Origin: an uncultured archaeon
Lineage (GTDB): Archaea > Asgardarchaeota > Thorarchaeia > Thorarchaeales > Thorarchaeaceae
Length of the DNA: 32,000 nucleotides
Direction: 5' to 3'
Assembly (NCBI GenBank): GCA_964648855.1
Contig: CAZYLT010000011.1
Span: forward strand, 66,000-97,999
Shown piece by piece: positions 18,430 to 27,011 of this stretch. The translations under genes were made by a program, and so were the position numbers. How positions within the stretch are numbered: position 1 is the first letter of the stretch; every line of letters begins with the position of its first letter. The notes beneath the pieces were generated by a model that did not search any database, was not told the origin of the DNA, and saw only the letters and a program-made list of their open reading frames with translations.

Positions 18430-18596
18430 TTTTCTGGGATATTTGCATTTTACATACAGTATTCCTAGCTGACTAGGTTGTATCTCCGTTTCCCCAAAGA
18501 TACCGGCGAATAGAACACCGCTTCTATCAAGAATCTATCAGGGTATGAAGAGATGCTCGAAGATGAGCAAGCCAAAATTCCGAATCACCCCAAGTG

Positions 18597-18650
18597 TATA
18601 AATCTAAACTATAATAGTTAACAAATATCTTTATTAACTATAATGGTTTA
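18597..18650 (+). promoter_or_regulatory. TATA box plus double palindromic operator upstream of DUF3307-SatD
   Basis: TATAAA at 18597-18602; AACTAT-A-ATAGTT at 18607-18619; AACTAT-A-ATGGTT at 18636-18648. Confidence 0.65.
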
Positions 18651-18695
18651 CTATTTAGGTGAAGAACAGGTATTGATGCTTCTGGATGTGGTGAA

Positions 18696-19187
18696 ATGAA
18701 AGATTCACAAAGACTTCTTGGTATATTGATGACTCTCTTCAGCATTCTCTTCATAGTTCTACTAAAGGTGTATCCCCTTGAGTTACTGCTTGCTCCGTTC
18801 TACGTTATTCTCTTCAATTTTTTTCTGACTCTCTTTCTTCCTGGACTGATTATTGACTTGGTCTTTTCCTGGCTAGGAAGGGGCGCCAACAACAATATCT
18901 CTGAGATGTGTGGTGGTCTGCGATATGGAGGGTACCTCATCGGATACACAGAACGGGGTCTGATATACCTGGCATTTATGATAGCCTATTTTGAAGATAC
19001 GATATCCTTCGTGTCTGTACTGAGTTTTCTCTCAGTTATTGTCGCCGGGAAGGCAATCTTCAGGTATTCAAGTCGAGGAACTGATGATAGAGCCTGCGCA
19101 GATTGGTATATTCTTGGCACATTGATGAGTATCACCATGGCTCTAGCATTAACATGGTTTGGTTTCAGATTTCTACTGGCAGGATGA
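18696..19187 (+). CDS. DUF3307/SatE-like multi-pass membrane protein
   Basis: GYLIGYTERGLI...IVAGKAIFRY...DWYILGTLMS matches the conserved C-terminal half of DUF3307-type proteins; adjacent to satD; GGTGA ribosome-binding site. Confidence 0.72.
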   Translation: MKDSQRLLGILMTLFSILFIVLLKVYPLELLLAPFYVILFNFFLTLFLPGLIIDLVFSWLGRGANNNISEMCGGLRYGGYLIGYTERGLIYLAFMIAYFEDTISFVSVLSFLSVIVAGKAIFRYSSRGTDDRACADWYILGTLMSITMALALTWFGFRFLLAG

Positions 19188-19194
19188 ATCTGCA

Positions 19195-19833
19195 ATGATT
19201 GCGACCATATTCGACATTGTTGCTTCGAAGGATTTAGGTCGCGAGAAACGGGCAGCAATGGACAAAAACCTTCGAGATATTTTGAATCAGGTCAATGACC
19301 GATTCGGTGATTATTGTGTAGCCCGACCAGCTCTAACACAGGGAGATAGCATTGAGTTGCTTGTGGACAGCTGGCAGCCTATAGTATTCCTCGCTCACAA
19401 GCTTTTGATGAAAGGAATCGAGTTTCGTGTCGGCTTAGGAACCGGTAAAATCACCCTCAAGAAGGACATTGCTGATGAATGCGATGGGCCTGCTTTTTGG
19501 AATGCCAGAGATGCACTTGATGAGGTCAAACAAATGAAATATATGTCCCGAGTCGCCGGGTTCAAGATTGATGACAAGTCCTCAAAAAATGAGGAAATGG
19601 ATGTAATTAATTCAGTTCTATTTCTCACGACACTGCTCAGTCAAACGACCACTCAACTTGAGCACTGCTACTACTATCTCTGGGAGGATAAGGGGCTCTC
19701 CGAGATCGCCGCCGTTACAGAGACCTCTACAGCTAATGTGAGCAAGTCTTTGAGCAAGACGCCGTGTTATCTTCTGGATAGGGTAATGAAGTATCTCAGT
19801 AATCTGCCCAATAATATTTCCAAAACAGCGTGA
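19195..19833 (+). CDS. satD: SatD-family protein (nucleotide-cyclase-like palm domain plus C-terminal HTH)
   Basis: IFDIVASK, LTQGDSIE, FRVGLGTG, DGPAFWNARDALD; HTH GLSEIAAVTETSTANVSKSLSK. Confidence 0.82.
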   Translation: MIATIFDIVASKDLGREKRAAMDKNLRDILNQVNDRFGDYCVARPALTQGDSIELLVDSWQPIVFLAHKLLMKGIEFRVGLGTGKITLKKDIADECDGPAFWNARDALDEVKQMKYMSRVAGFKIDDKSSKNEEMDVINSVLFLTTLLSQTTTQLEHCYYYLWEDKGLSEIAAVTETSTANVSKSLSKTPCYLLDRVMKYLSNLPNNISKTA

Positions 19834-19958
19834 TGAACGCATCGATCGGCTCTCACAGGAGCATCAAATGACGACTATTATACGATACAGATGCTGTACT
19901 TCAGGCGAACATAGGCACTACTCTTGGTTGCTCTGATTCCGGGTGCTCCATGGCGTAC

Positions 19959-19994
19959 CTCGCGGTTAGCTACATCAAAATATGGGGTTGAAAG
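19959..19994 (+). repeat. Solitary degenerate CRISPR-repeat-like sequence, in opposite orientation to the array
   Basis: CTCGCGGTTAGCTACATCAAAATATGGGGTTGAAAG versus the array repeat (minus strand) GTCACAGAAGCTAATCCCAAAGAATGGGGATTGAAAG: about 26 identities in a hand-made gapped alignment, including AGCTA, CAAA, ATGGGG and TTGAAAG. Confidence 0.55.
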
Positions 19995-20127
19995 TCAAAG
20001 AGAATTTATCTCAGACTTTTCTGCAACCGTGAAGACTCCTTGATTACCTGGGATTTGCAATATTGCTACGCCCAAAAATATCCACGTATTCTCCGATAGA
20101 GGGTAGTCATATACAGTTCTTGTGAGA

Positions 20128-20380
20128 TTCCTGTCGCTTTTGCAGGAAGCTTTAAGTGAGTTGCAGATTGCTGCGGAGATGGAGAAATTTACAGTGAGGA
20201 ATTGCGTTCATCCGAGGCGGTTGCGTTCATCGAAACCGTCCTACAAACTAGTCTAAGAGATGGAACTCCTCCTTCAGTGTTTTCTCCGAATACGTTTTGT
20301 TCCAGAGTTAGCGACTCAGTGAAGACTAGGTTCTACTGCTGCTCTGGTTCATGCTATTTTTCATCAATGTTGGTGATAGA
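20128..20380 (+). promoter_or_regulatory. his operon promoter and structured 5' leader with a short uORF
   Basis: Inverted repeat TTCCTG-N9-CAGGAA (20128-20148), TTTAAG box (20151-20156), uORF 20179-20256, several nested stems within 20216-20329. Confidence 0.45.
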
Positions 20381-21364
20381 ATGACAACTGTACGACTTGC
20401 TATTCCAAATGGACACTTGAGTAAAGAGACGATGGATGCCTTTACCCGCGCAGGGTACAAGATCTCCGGACAAGAACGGACATACACACCTATCATCAAC
20501 GACCACCATATCGAAGTGAGAATACTCCGCCCTCAGGAGATCCCGATTTTTGTGGCAGAGGGCTTGCAGGATATCGGTGTGACCGGCATGGACTGGATCA
20601 AGGAGACCGACGCAGATGTGGAGGTCATCCTTGACCTAGAGTACTCTCGTGTGCGGATTGTGGTTGCAGTGCCAGAGGGGCTAAAAGAAGTCAACACTCT
20701 GGCAGAGCTTTTGAGAGAATTTGCTGACAGAGGCAGGCCACTGAAGATTTTCACCGAATACCTGTCCTTAACCGCTAAGGCATTGATTGAGAATCCGATG
20801 TATAGGGACCTCTACGGTTCGATGAAGCCCACGATAGTGACGCCCTGGTGGAGGAGCGGCAGCAATCCTGATGTGGGAATCTACCTGTCCTTCGGCGCAA
20901 CAGAAGCAAAGCCCCCGACGTTGGCAGATGCCATAGTGGAGGTTGTTGACACTGGCACCTCCCTACAACAAAACAACCTGAAGATAATTGAAACTCTCTT
21001 GGATTCCACGGCAGTGCTTGTCGCCAATCCTGATTCGATAAGGAATCCAGCCAAACAGGAGAAGATCTGCGATGTCATGACACTCCTCGGCGGAGTTGTC
21101 GAGGCACGAGAGAAGCTGCACATCTTTGCAAATGTGGCATCAGAGAACCTAAAGGAACTGCTTGCTGAACTTCCTGCCCTTCAGAAGCCAACTATCAGTT
21201 CGTTGTCCGAGGGTGGATGGGTGGCGGTTAATACCGTGATTGACAGGGCACTGTTTCTCGAACTGGTTCCGACACTACGAAGACTAGCACAAGGACTTGT
21301 GGTGTATGAGCCACGGCAAGTGCTCCCACTAGATGATTTGAAGATTGAGGGGATGCCCCAATGA
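20381..21364 (+). CDS. hisG: ATP phosphoribosyltransferase, long form
   Basis: LAIPNGHL, LRPQEIP, DIGVTGMDW, SFGATE, DAIVEVVDTGTSLQQNNL and a C-terminal regulatory domain (PTISSL). ATG at 20381 after GGTGA. Confidence 0.95.
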   Translation: MTTVRLAIPNGHLSKETMDAFTRAGYKISGQERTYTPIINDHHIEVRILRPQEIPIFVAEGLQDIGVTGMDWIKETDADVEVILDLEYSRVRIVVAVPEGLKEVNTLAELLREFADRGRPLKIFTEYLSLTAKALIENPMYRDLYGSMKPTIVTPWWRSGSNPDVGIYLSFGATEAKPPTLADAIVEVVDTGTSLQQNNLKIIETLLDSTAVLVANPDSIRNPAKQEKICDVMTLLGGVVEAREKLHIFANVASENLKELLAELPALQKPTISSLSEGGWVAVNTVIDRALFLELVPTLRRLAQGLVVYEPRQVLPLDDLKIEGMPQ

Positions 21365-22665
21365 CGCCTTCTGAGATAACCAAAATTTGGGACTCGAAGA
21401 AGAGCTCAGAACTGAATGTCAAGAGAGGATGGCCATTCACAGAGGAAGTTTCCTATCCCGTTGAGCAGAAAGTACGTGGAATTCTCAACAGAGTGAGAGA
21501 GATGGGCGACAAAGCTCTGATGCAATACACGAGGTGGTTCGATGGGATTGACTTACAGCCATCAGAGATGAGATTGACTGCTGAGAAAATTTCGCTGGCC
21601 TACGAGCAAGTAGGAAGAGCAGAGATAGATGCCATGAGGGTGACCTCTGAAAGACTACGAGAGGTTGTTGAAAGAACTCGAGATGCCTTATCATTCTCCA
21701 TTGACCTCTCGGGCACCACAATCACCCAAAGGCTCGAGCCCCTCACTGATGTGGGCTGTTATGTTCCGGGTGGTGAAGCAGCATATCCAAGCTCCCTCCT
21801 GATGTGCGCCATACCTGCTCAGGTTGCGGGTGTGAAGAGGATAGCTGTCTGTACTCCCCCCAGAGAGGACGGGGTTAGTCCGATGACTCTCATCGCTGCA
21901 GATATGTGCAATGTGGAAGAAATCTATCAGATTGGAGGCGCTCAGGCCATTGCAGCGATGGCTTTTGGCACAGAGAGTATTCCACCAGTTCAGAAGATTG
22001 TGGGTCCGGGCAATAAATACGTGGCACTTGCAAAAAGAATGGTCAGTGATAACACGCTCATTGACATGCCAGCCGGACCCAGTGAGTTGCTGGTCATCGC
22101 AGATGAGAGTGCCAATGCCGGGTCTGTCGCCTTGGACATGATCTCACAAGCAGAACACGGAGATGACGCGGTCTCAATCCTGGTCACAATATCGGAAGGT
22201 TTCGCCAGCGAAGTTTTGGCTGAGCTTGAGATCTTAGTTGGTACTTCTCCCCGGCAGAAACACGTCAGAAATTCGTTAGGAGAGAATGGAGGTATCTTCT
22301 GTGTGGACACTCTGGATGACTGCATCACGTTTGCAAATGACTTTGCGGCAGAGCATGTCCAAATCATGACTAAGAACCCTAGAGAAGTTGCTGAACGCAT
22401 TAGAAATGCAGGGCTTGTTCTGCTTGGAGAATATACCCCAGTTGCTGCCAGTGACTATGGACTGGGAGTCAATCATGTCTTACCAACTAAGGGTTATGCT
22501 AAGTTGTACTCGGGTCTATCAGTACTTGATTTCGTGCGTCTTGTTCGCATTGTCGAGTTGAGTAAGGAGGGGCTGGAAGATATTTCTGATGCACTGTGCA
22601 CTCTTGCCAAGGCTGAGGGTCTTTCCAACCATGCCCGTGCGATTCAAGGGAGGTTTGGATTATGA
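21361..22665 (+). CDS. hisD: Histidinol dehydrogenase
   Basis: GCYVPGG, GGAQAIAAMAFGT, KIVGPGNKYV, DMPAGPSE, SQAEH, AAEH, NHVLPT. Confidence 0.97.
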   Translation: MTPSEITKIWDSKKSSELNVKRGWPFTEEVSYPVEQKVRGILNRVREMGDKALMQYTRWFDGIDLQPSEMRLTAEKISLAYEQVGRAEIDAMRVTSERLREVVERTRDALSFSIDLSGTTITQRLEPLTDVGCYVPGGEAAYPSSLLMCAIPAQVAGVKRIAVCTPPREDGVSPMTLIAADMCNVEEIYQIGGAQAIAAMAFGTESIPPVQKIVGPGNKYVALAKRMVSDNTLIDMPAGPSELLVIADESANAGSVALDMISQAEHGDDAVSILVTISEGFASEVLAELEILVGTSPRQKHVRNSLGENGGIFCVDTLDDCITFANDFAAEHVQIMTKNPREVAERIRNAGLVLLGEYTPVAASDYGLGVNHVLPTKGYAKLYSGLSVLDFVRLVRIVELSKEGLEDISDALCTLAKAEGLSNHARAIQGRFGL

Positions 22666-23759
22666 CCGACAACCGGTCGCCCTACATGTCACGTAAGATG
22701 TCGCAGCTTCGAGCATTTCCAACATACTCTTCTGAAACAACGAAGATCTGGAAGGGGCAGGAACTCCTCTGTTTGGATAGTAATGAAAACCTGCAGTTAC
22801 CTCTATCTCTGCTAAAGAGAGTGATGCAGGAAGCCATTGACCTCATTGACCCGCGGATATATTCCGCGAACTTGCAGGATGACTTGGCCAAGCAACTAGC
22901 TGAGTATTTGGGAGTTGATCCATCCAGCATCATCTTCGGTTCTGGAGGTGACGGGCTCATCCAGATGCTAGCGAGTTCCTTTATGACGGATGGCGAGTCG
23001 GCAGTGGTGGTTGAACCATCATTCAAAATGTATTCCAAGAATCTGAGGATGTTTGGACGCACCGTCAAGTCAGTGTACCTCGGTGACGAGTTCAAGATGG
23101 ATGTGGATAAAATCATCAAGTCTTTGAGAGGCGATAACGAGGTTGTGTTCATCTGCTCCCCCAATAATCCTACAGGAAATCAATTCCCCCTGGATGATGT
23201 GCTTGCCATAACAGAAGCAACTCAAGGACTTGTTGTTGTAGATGAAGCATACGCTGAATTCGCAGATTATACACTGGTTGAGTCGTTATGGAACTATGAC
23301 AACCTGGTGATACTGCGGACCTTTTCAAAGGCATTCGGGCTCGCGGGGTTACGCATTGGGTTTGCCGTCACCGATGATGCCTTTGCTGATATTCTGCGAA
23401 AACACGTTCTTCCTCCGTTTCCTGTATCTACGTTCTCCATGTTGGTTGCGAGGCTGCTTCTGGAAAATATTGAGGAGGTTAGGAAGTCCATCAAAGACGT
23501 GCGGGTAGCACGGGTTAAATCCCAATCGTATCTTGGCTCTATTGACGGTATACGCTTGTTTCCCTCGGATGCCAATTTCCTATTAATCCGAGTCCCTATC
23601 TCATCTGTTGATGCACAAGATAGACTACTGGACTGTGGTATCAAGGTCAGAGTTGTTGACTGGATCGAAGATGGTGCCAATTACATCCGATTGACAGTTC
23701 CTCCGCTTTCTGAGGTGTCGCGTGTCAAAGACTGCTTCGAGGAGGCATTTGGTCAATGA
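22662..23759 (+). CDS. hisC: Histidinol-phosphate aminotransferase
   Basis: LDSNEN, CSPNNPTG, VDEAYAEF, RTFSKAFGLAGLRIG (PLP lysine). Confidence 0.96.
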   Translation: MTDNRSPYMSRKMSQLRAFPTYSSETTKIWKGQELLCLDSNENLQLPLSLLKRVMQEAIDLIDPRIYSANLQDDLAKQLAEYLGVDPSSIIFGSGGDGLIQMLASSFMTDGESAVVVEPSFKMYSKNLRMFGRTVKSVYLGDEFKMDVDKIIKSLRGDNEVVFICSPNNPTGNQFPLDDVLAITEATQGLVVVDEAYAEFADYTLVESLWNYDNLVILRTFSKAFGLAGLRIGFAVTDDAFADILRKHVLPPFPVSTFSMLVARLLLENIEEVRKSIKDVRVARVKSQSYLGSIDGIRLFPSDANFLLIRVPISSVDAQDRLLDCGIKVRVVDWIEDGANYIRLTVPPLSEVSRVKDCFEEAFGQ

Positions 23760-24337
23760 GGACAGCAAAGCTTGAGCGGCGCACCAGTGAAACAACCGTT
23801 AGGATATCTGTGAATCTAGATGGACAGGGAAATGCAGACATCCAGTGTAGGCCTGAACTCGTGAAGCATATGCTCACGGCGTTTACGGTCCACAGTGGCA
23901 TTGATCTGCAGATTCAAGCGGAGGGAGACCTCCAGCACCACATTATTGAGGATATTGCCCTCTGCCTAGGGAGGGTTATCCGTGAATGCATAGACGATAT
24001 CGATGAGATTGCACGATTTGGTCATGCTTTGATACCCATGGACTGTTCTCTGGCACTGGTGGCTATTGATGTCTGTAATCGCCCTAATGGGGTGATTGAT
24101 GTGGGTGCTGTCGAGAACAGGGTAGAAGACGCTCAAGTGCAAGACATAGTGCACTTCCTTGGTACGCTTTCATCCTCCTTGGGAGCCACTCTGCATGTGA
24201 AGGTACTGTATGGCGAGAATGACCATCACAAATTGGAGGCGGTATTCAAAGCTCTGGGCAGGGCATTGCGAGATGCGCTTCGACTGAGAGGTACGAATGA
24301 AGTTCCATCCAGCTCGAAAGGGGGTCTCCAGCTGTGA
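23756..24337 (+). CDS. hisB: Imidazoleglycerol-phosphate dehydratase (monofunctional)
   Basis: RRTSET, HHIIED, PMD, NDHHKLEAVFKA, SSKG. Confidence 0.96.
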   Translation: MRTAKLERRTSETTVRISVNLDGQGNADIQCRPELVKHMLTAFTVHSGIDLQIQAEGDLQHHIIEDIALCLGRVIRECIDDIDEIARFGHALIPMDCSLALVAIDVCNRPNGVIDVGAVENRVEDAQVQDIVHFLGTLSSSLGATLHVKVLYGENDHHKLEAVFKALGRALRDALRLRGTNEVPSSSKGGLQL

Positions 24338-24936
24338 GGGTTGGAGTACTGGACTACGGTGCGGGCAATATCTTCAGCATATTGAGTGGACTGAAGCGAG
24401 CTGACATGCCTGCGGAGGTGTTCAGAGACCCCCATTCTCTCCCCTCATTTGATGGCATTGTAATTCCAGGTGTCGGCAGTTTTTCCCAAATTACCTCGGC
24501 ACTCGACAGATTCCGCGAGGGTATACTAGATTTTGCGAATTCAGGGAAGGTAGTCCTCGGAATCTGTTTAGGAATGCAAGTCTTACTCGATTCAAGCAAA
24601 GAGGGTAGTGGTGATGGTCTCGGACTGATAAGTGGGGTAGTTAAACGGCTTCCTCCCAAAGTAAAGATACCCCACATGGGGTGGAACAACGTAGAGATAT
24701 GGCAGACAAATCCGCTGGTTGATGGGCTATCCGAGTCACCATATTTCTATTTTGTACACTCCTATTATACAGCTCCCGATGACTCATCCTGCATCGTGGG
24801 AACCACCCAATACGGCCTGGAGTTTGCTTCAATTATAGGAGAGGACACACTCTTCGGTGTACAGTTTCATCCTGAGAAATCCGGAAAGGACGGGGCACAA
24901 GTTCTGAGGAACTTCAGGAGGTTATTGCAGAGATGA
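24334..24936 (+). CDS. hisH: Imidazole glycerol phosphate synthase, glutaminase subunit
   Basis: DYGAGN, PGVG, GICLGMQ, PHMGWN, YFVHSY, QFHPEKS. Confidence 0.97.
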   Translation: MRVGVLDYGAGNIFSILSGLKRADMPAEVFRDPHSLPSFDGIVIPGVGSFSQITSALDRFREGILDFANSGKVVLGICLGMQVLLDSSKEGSGDGLGLISGVVKRLPPKVKIPHMGWNNVEIWQTNPLVDGLSESPYFYFVHSYYTAPDDSSCIVGTTQYGLEFASIIGEDTLFGVQFHPEKSGKDGAQVLRNFRRLLQR

Positions 24937-25667
24937 ACCACGTGAGGATATATCCCGCAGTTGACCTGATGGACGGTTCTGTAGTAAGGCTCTACAGAGG
25001 TAAGCCGGACAACAGGGTCGACTACGAACATCTGGGGTCTCCTTCAGAGATTGCGGAGATGTGGGAAGACCAAGGGGCAGAGATGCTCCATATCATCGAC
25101 CTCGACCAAGCTCTTGGAAGAGGGGATAATCTTGATGAGCTGAAAAAGATTATTCGCAGAATCGATATACCTGTTCAGTTCGGAGGTGGACTGCGAGACC
25201 TGCAATCAATCTCTAACGCCTTGAACAGTGGAGTGGAGCGCGTAATTATTGGTACACTTGCAGTCAATGAATCTGGGATTATTCAAAAGCTTGACGATAT
25301 CTATGACTTAGAGAGAATTATTTTTGCCCTTGACTACAAGCAAAACGAAGTTGTATCGGAAGGATGGGTCGCCAAGACACGACTGAGCCCGCGAGACCTT
25401 CTCAGCAGATTTCGTCAAGAGGGGGCAAAGCGGTTCCTTCTAACATCAGTTACTCAAGACGGTACCCTGAGAGGTCCTGATCCGTATTTGACCGAAATTT
25501 GCGGAACCAATCTCTCCGATATCATCATCGCAGGCGGAGTTAGCTGCACTGAAGATATCAGGAACCTAGCACGAATAGGTGTTGAGGGCATCGTTATTGG
25601 AAAGGCACTCTATGAAAAGAGGATTCTACTCCCAGAAGCAATCCAAGAGGCTAGGTGGTGGATCTGA
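24933..25667 (+). CDS. hisA: ProFAR isomerase
   Basis: [39 protein letters not shown]. Confidence 0.96.
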   Translation: MNHVRIYPAVDLMDGSVVRLYRGKPDNRVDYEHLGSPSEIAEMWEDQGAEMLHIIDLDQALGRGDNLDELKKIIRRIDIPVQFGGGLRDLQSISNALNSGVERVIIGTLAVNESGIIQKLDDIYDLERIIFALDYKQNEVVSEGWVAKTRLSPRDLLSRFRQEGAKRFLLTSVTQDGTLRGPDPYLTEICGTNLSDIIIAGGVSCTEDIRNLARIGVEGIVIGKALYEKRILLPEAIQEARWWI

Positions 25668-26431
25668 TGGCACTCACAAAACGGATCATCCCTTGCCTAG
25701 ATGTCGAGAATGGACGGGTGGTGAAAGGAGTTAACTTCCTGAATTTGAGAGATGCAGGCGATCCTGTAGCACTCGCAATCGAGTACTGTGAGAGAGGGGC
25801 GGATGAGTTGGCATTTCTTGATATCACGGCATCTGTTGAAAATAGAAGACCGCTCCAGCAAATGGTTCGCAAAGTAGCTTCAGACCTCACCATACCATTT
25901 ACAGTGGGCGGCGGCATCCGGGCCGTTGAAGACGCGCATGCACTTCTCTCAAATGGAGCCGATAAGGTAGCTGTAAACACTGCCGCAGTTGAATCACCTG
26001 TTCTGATCAGAGAGCTTGCAGATACATTCGGAGCGCAGTGTGTGGTGGTGGCCATTGATGCAAAGAAGAGTGACAGGGTTGGAGGGTTTGAGGTCTTTAC
26101 TTACGGAGGGAGGAAGGCTACTGGCATCGACGCGATTGAGTGGGCAGACCGGGCTGAGAAACTTGGCGCAGGAGAGATTCTCTTGACCTCCATGAATAGG
26201 GATGGTACAAAATTGGGATATGATATTGCTCTTACAAGGTCCGTTTCTAAATCAATCCGAATACCAGTTATTGCCTCTGGAGGGGCATCAGGGCCCCAGA
26301 GCTTCTTAGAAGTGCTGACCAGGGGTTGTGCTGATGCGGCGTTGGCTGCCTCATCTTTTCATTATGATGAGTACTCAATCCCAGAAGTGAAGCAATATTT
26401 GAACGATAGAGGAGTGAAGGTGAGATTATGA
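25667..26431 (+). CDS. hisF: Imidazole glycerol phosphate synthase, cyclase subunit
   Basis: [47 protein letters not shown]. The ATG overlaps the hisA stop (TGATG). Confidence 0.97.
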   Translation: MALTKRIIPCLDVENGRVVKGVNFLNLRDAGDPVALAIEYCERGADELAFLDITASVENRRPLQQMVRKVASDLTIPFTVGGGIRAVEDAHALLSNGADKVAVNTAAVESPVLIRELADTFGAQCVVVAIDAKKSDRVGGFEVFTYGGRKATGIDAIEWADRAEKLGAGEILLTSMNRDGTKLGYDIALTRSVSKSIRIPVIASGGASGPQSFLEVLTRGCADAALAASSFHYDEYSIPEVKQYLNDRGVKVRL

Positions 26432-26769
26432 AACAAGTCGATATAAGCGACCTTGACTTCCAAAAGGGAGATGGATTAGTACCAGTCGTTGTTCAGGATT
26501 GCCAATCAAGAAGAGTACTAACGCTTGCCTATGCGAATCAAGAGGCACTTCAACTCACCTTAGATACTGGCTACGCCTACTTCTTCAGACGCTCTCACGG
26601 AAAGGTCATGAAGAAGGGGGTCACATCGGGCAACTGTCAACGTATCGTGGAGCTGTATACTGACTGCGACCTGGATGCCGTGGTGTACTTGGTTGAACCA
26701 ATGGGACCCGCATGTCATAAGGGCGATGAATCATGCTTTCATTACAGCATTAAACAGAAGGGTAACTAG
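26428..26769 (+). CDS. hisI: Phosphoribosyl-AMP cyclohydrolase (no HisE domain)
   Basis: [30 protein letters not shown]. Confidence 0.95.
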   Translation: MKQVDISDLDFQKGDGLVPVVVQDCQSRRVLTLAYANQEALQLTLDTGYAYFFRRSHGKVMKKGVTSGNCQRIVELYTDCDLDAVVYLVEPMGPACHKGDESCFHYSIKQKGN

Positions 26770-27011
26770 GTAGGCAACAAGTAACTACGAATCACCAATC
26801 ATAGGAACTGCTCTTCCGAAAAGCCAGTGATCCTCTGTAACAAGAATACCCTCGTGTGAAGAGGGCTGGCCAGAACAAGAGGACCTTTGCTATAGACAGT
26901 ACAATCTCAGGGTTTTCTCCAAGACGGTCTGCTGCAGTTCATCTCCATCTCTCCGCAAGATTTCTGCCCCTCCTTAGGGCCATGCCAATATTGATGGGCA
27001 ACACTGGTTCA

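Noticed and set aside
20179-20380. Classical His-codon attenuator or T-box upstream of hisG
   Set aside because: No His-codon run and no T-box consensus; retained only as an unclassified structured leader.
26805-26980. Weak repeat-like bits left of the array (GATCCTCTGTAAC ending 26841; TTTCTGCCCCTCCTTAGGG at 26961)
   Set aside because: Short, gapped and out of register with the ~75-nt period.
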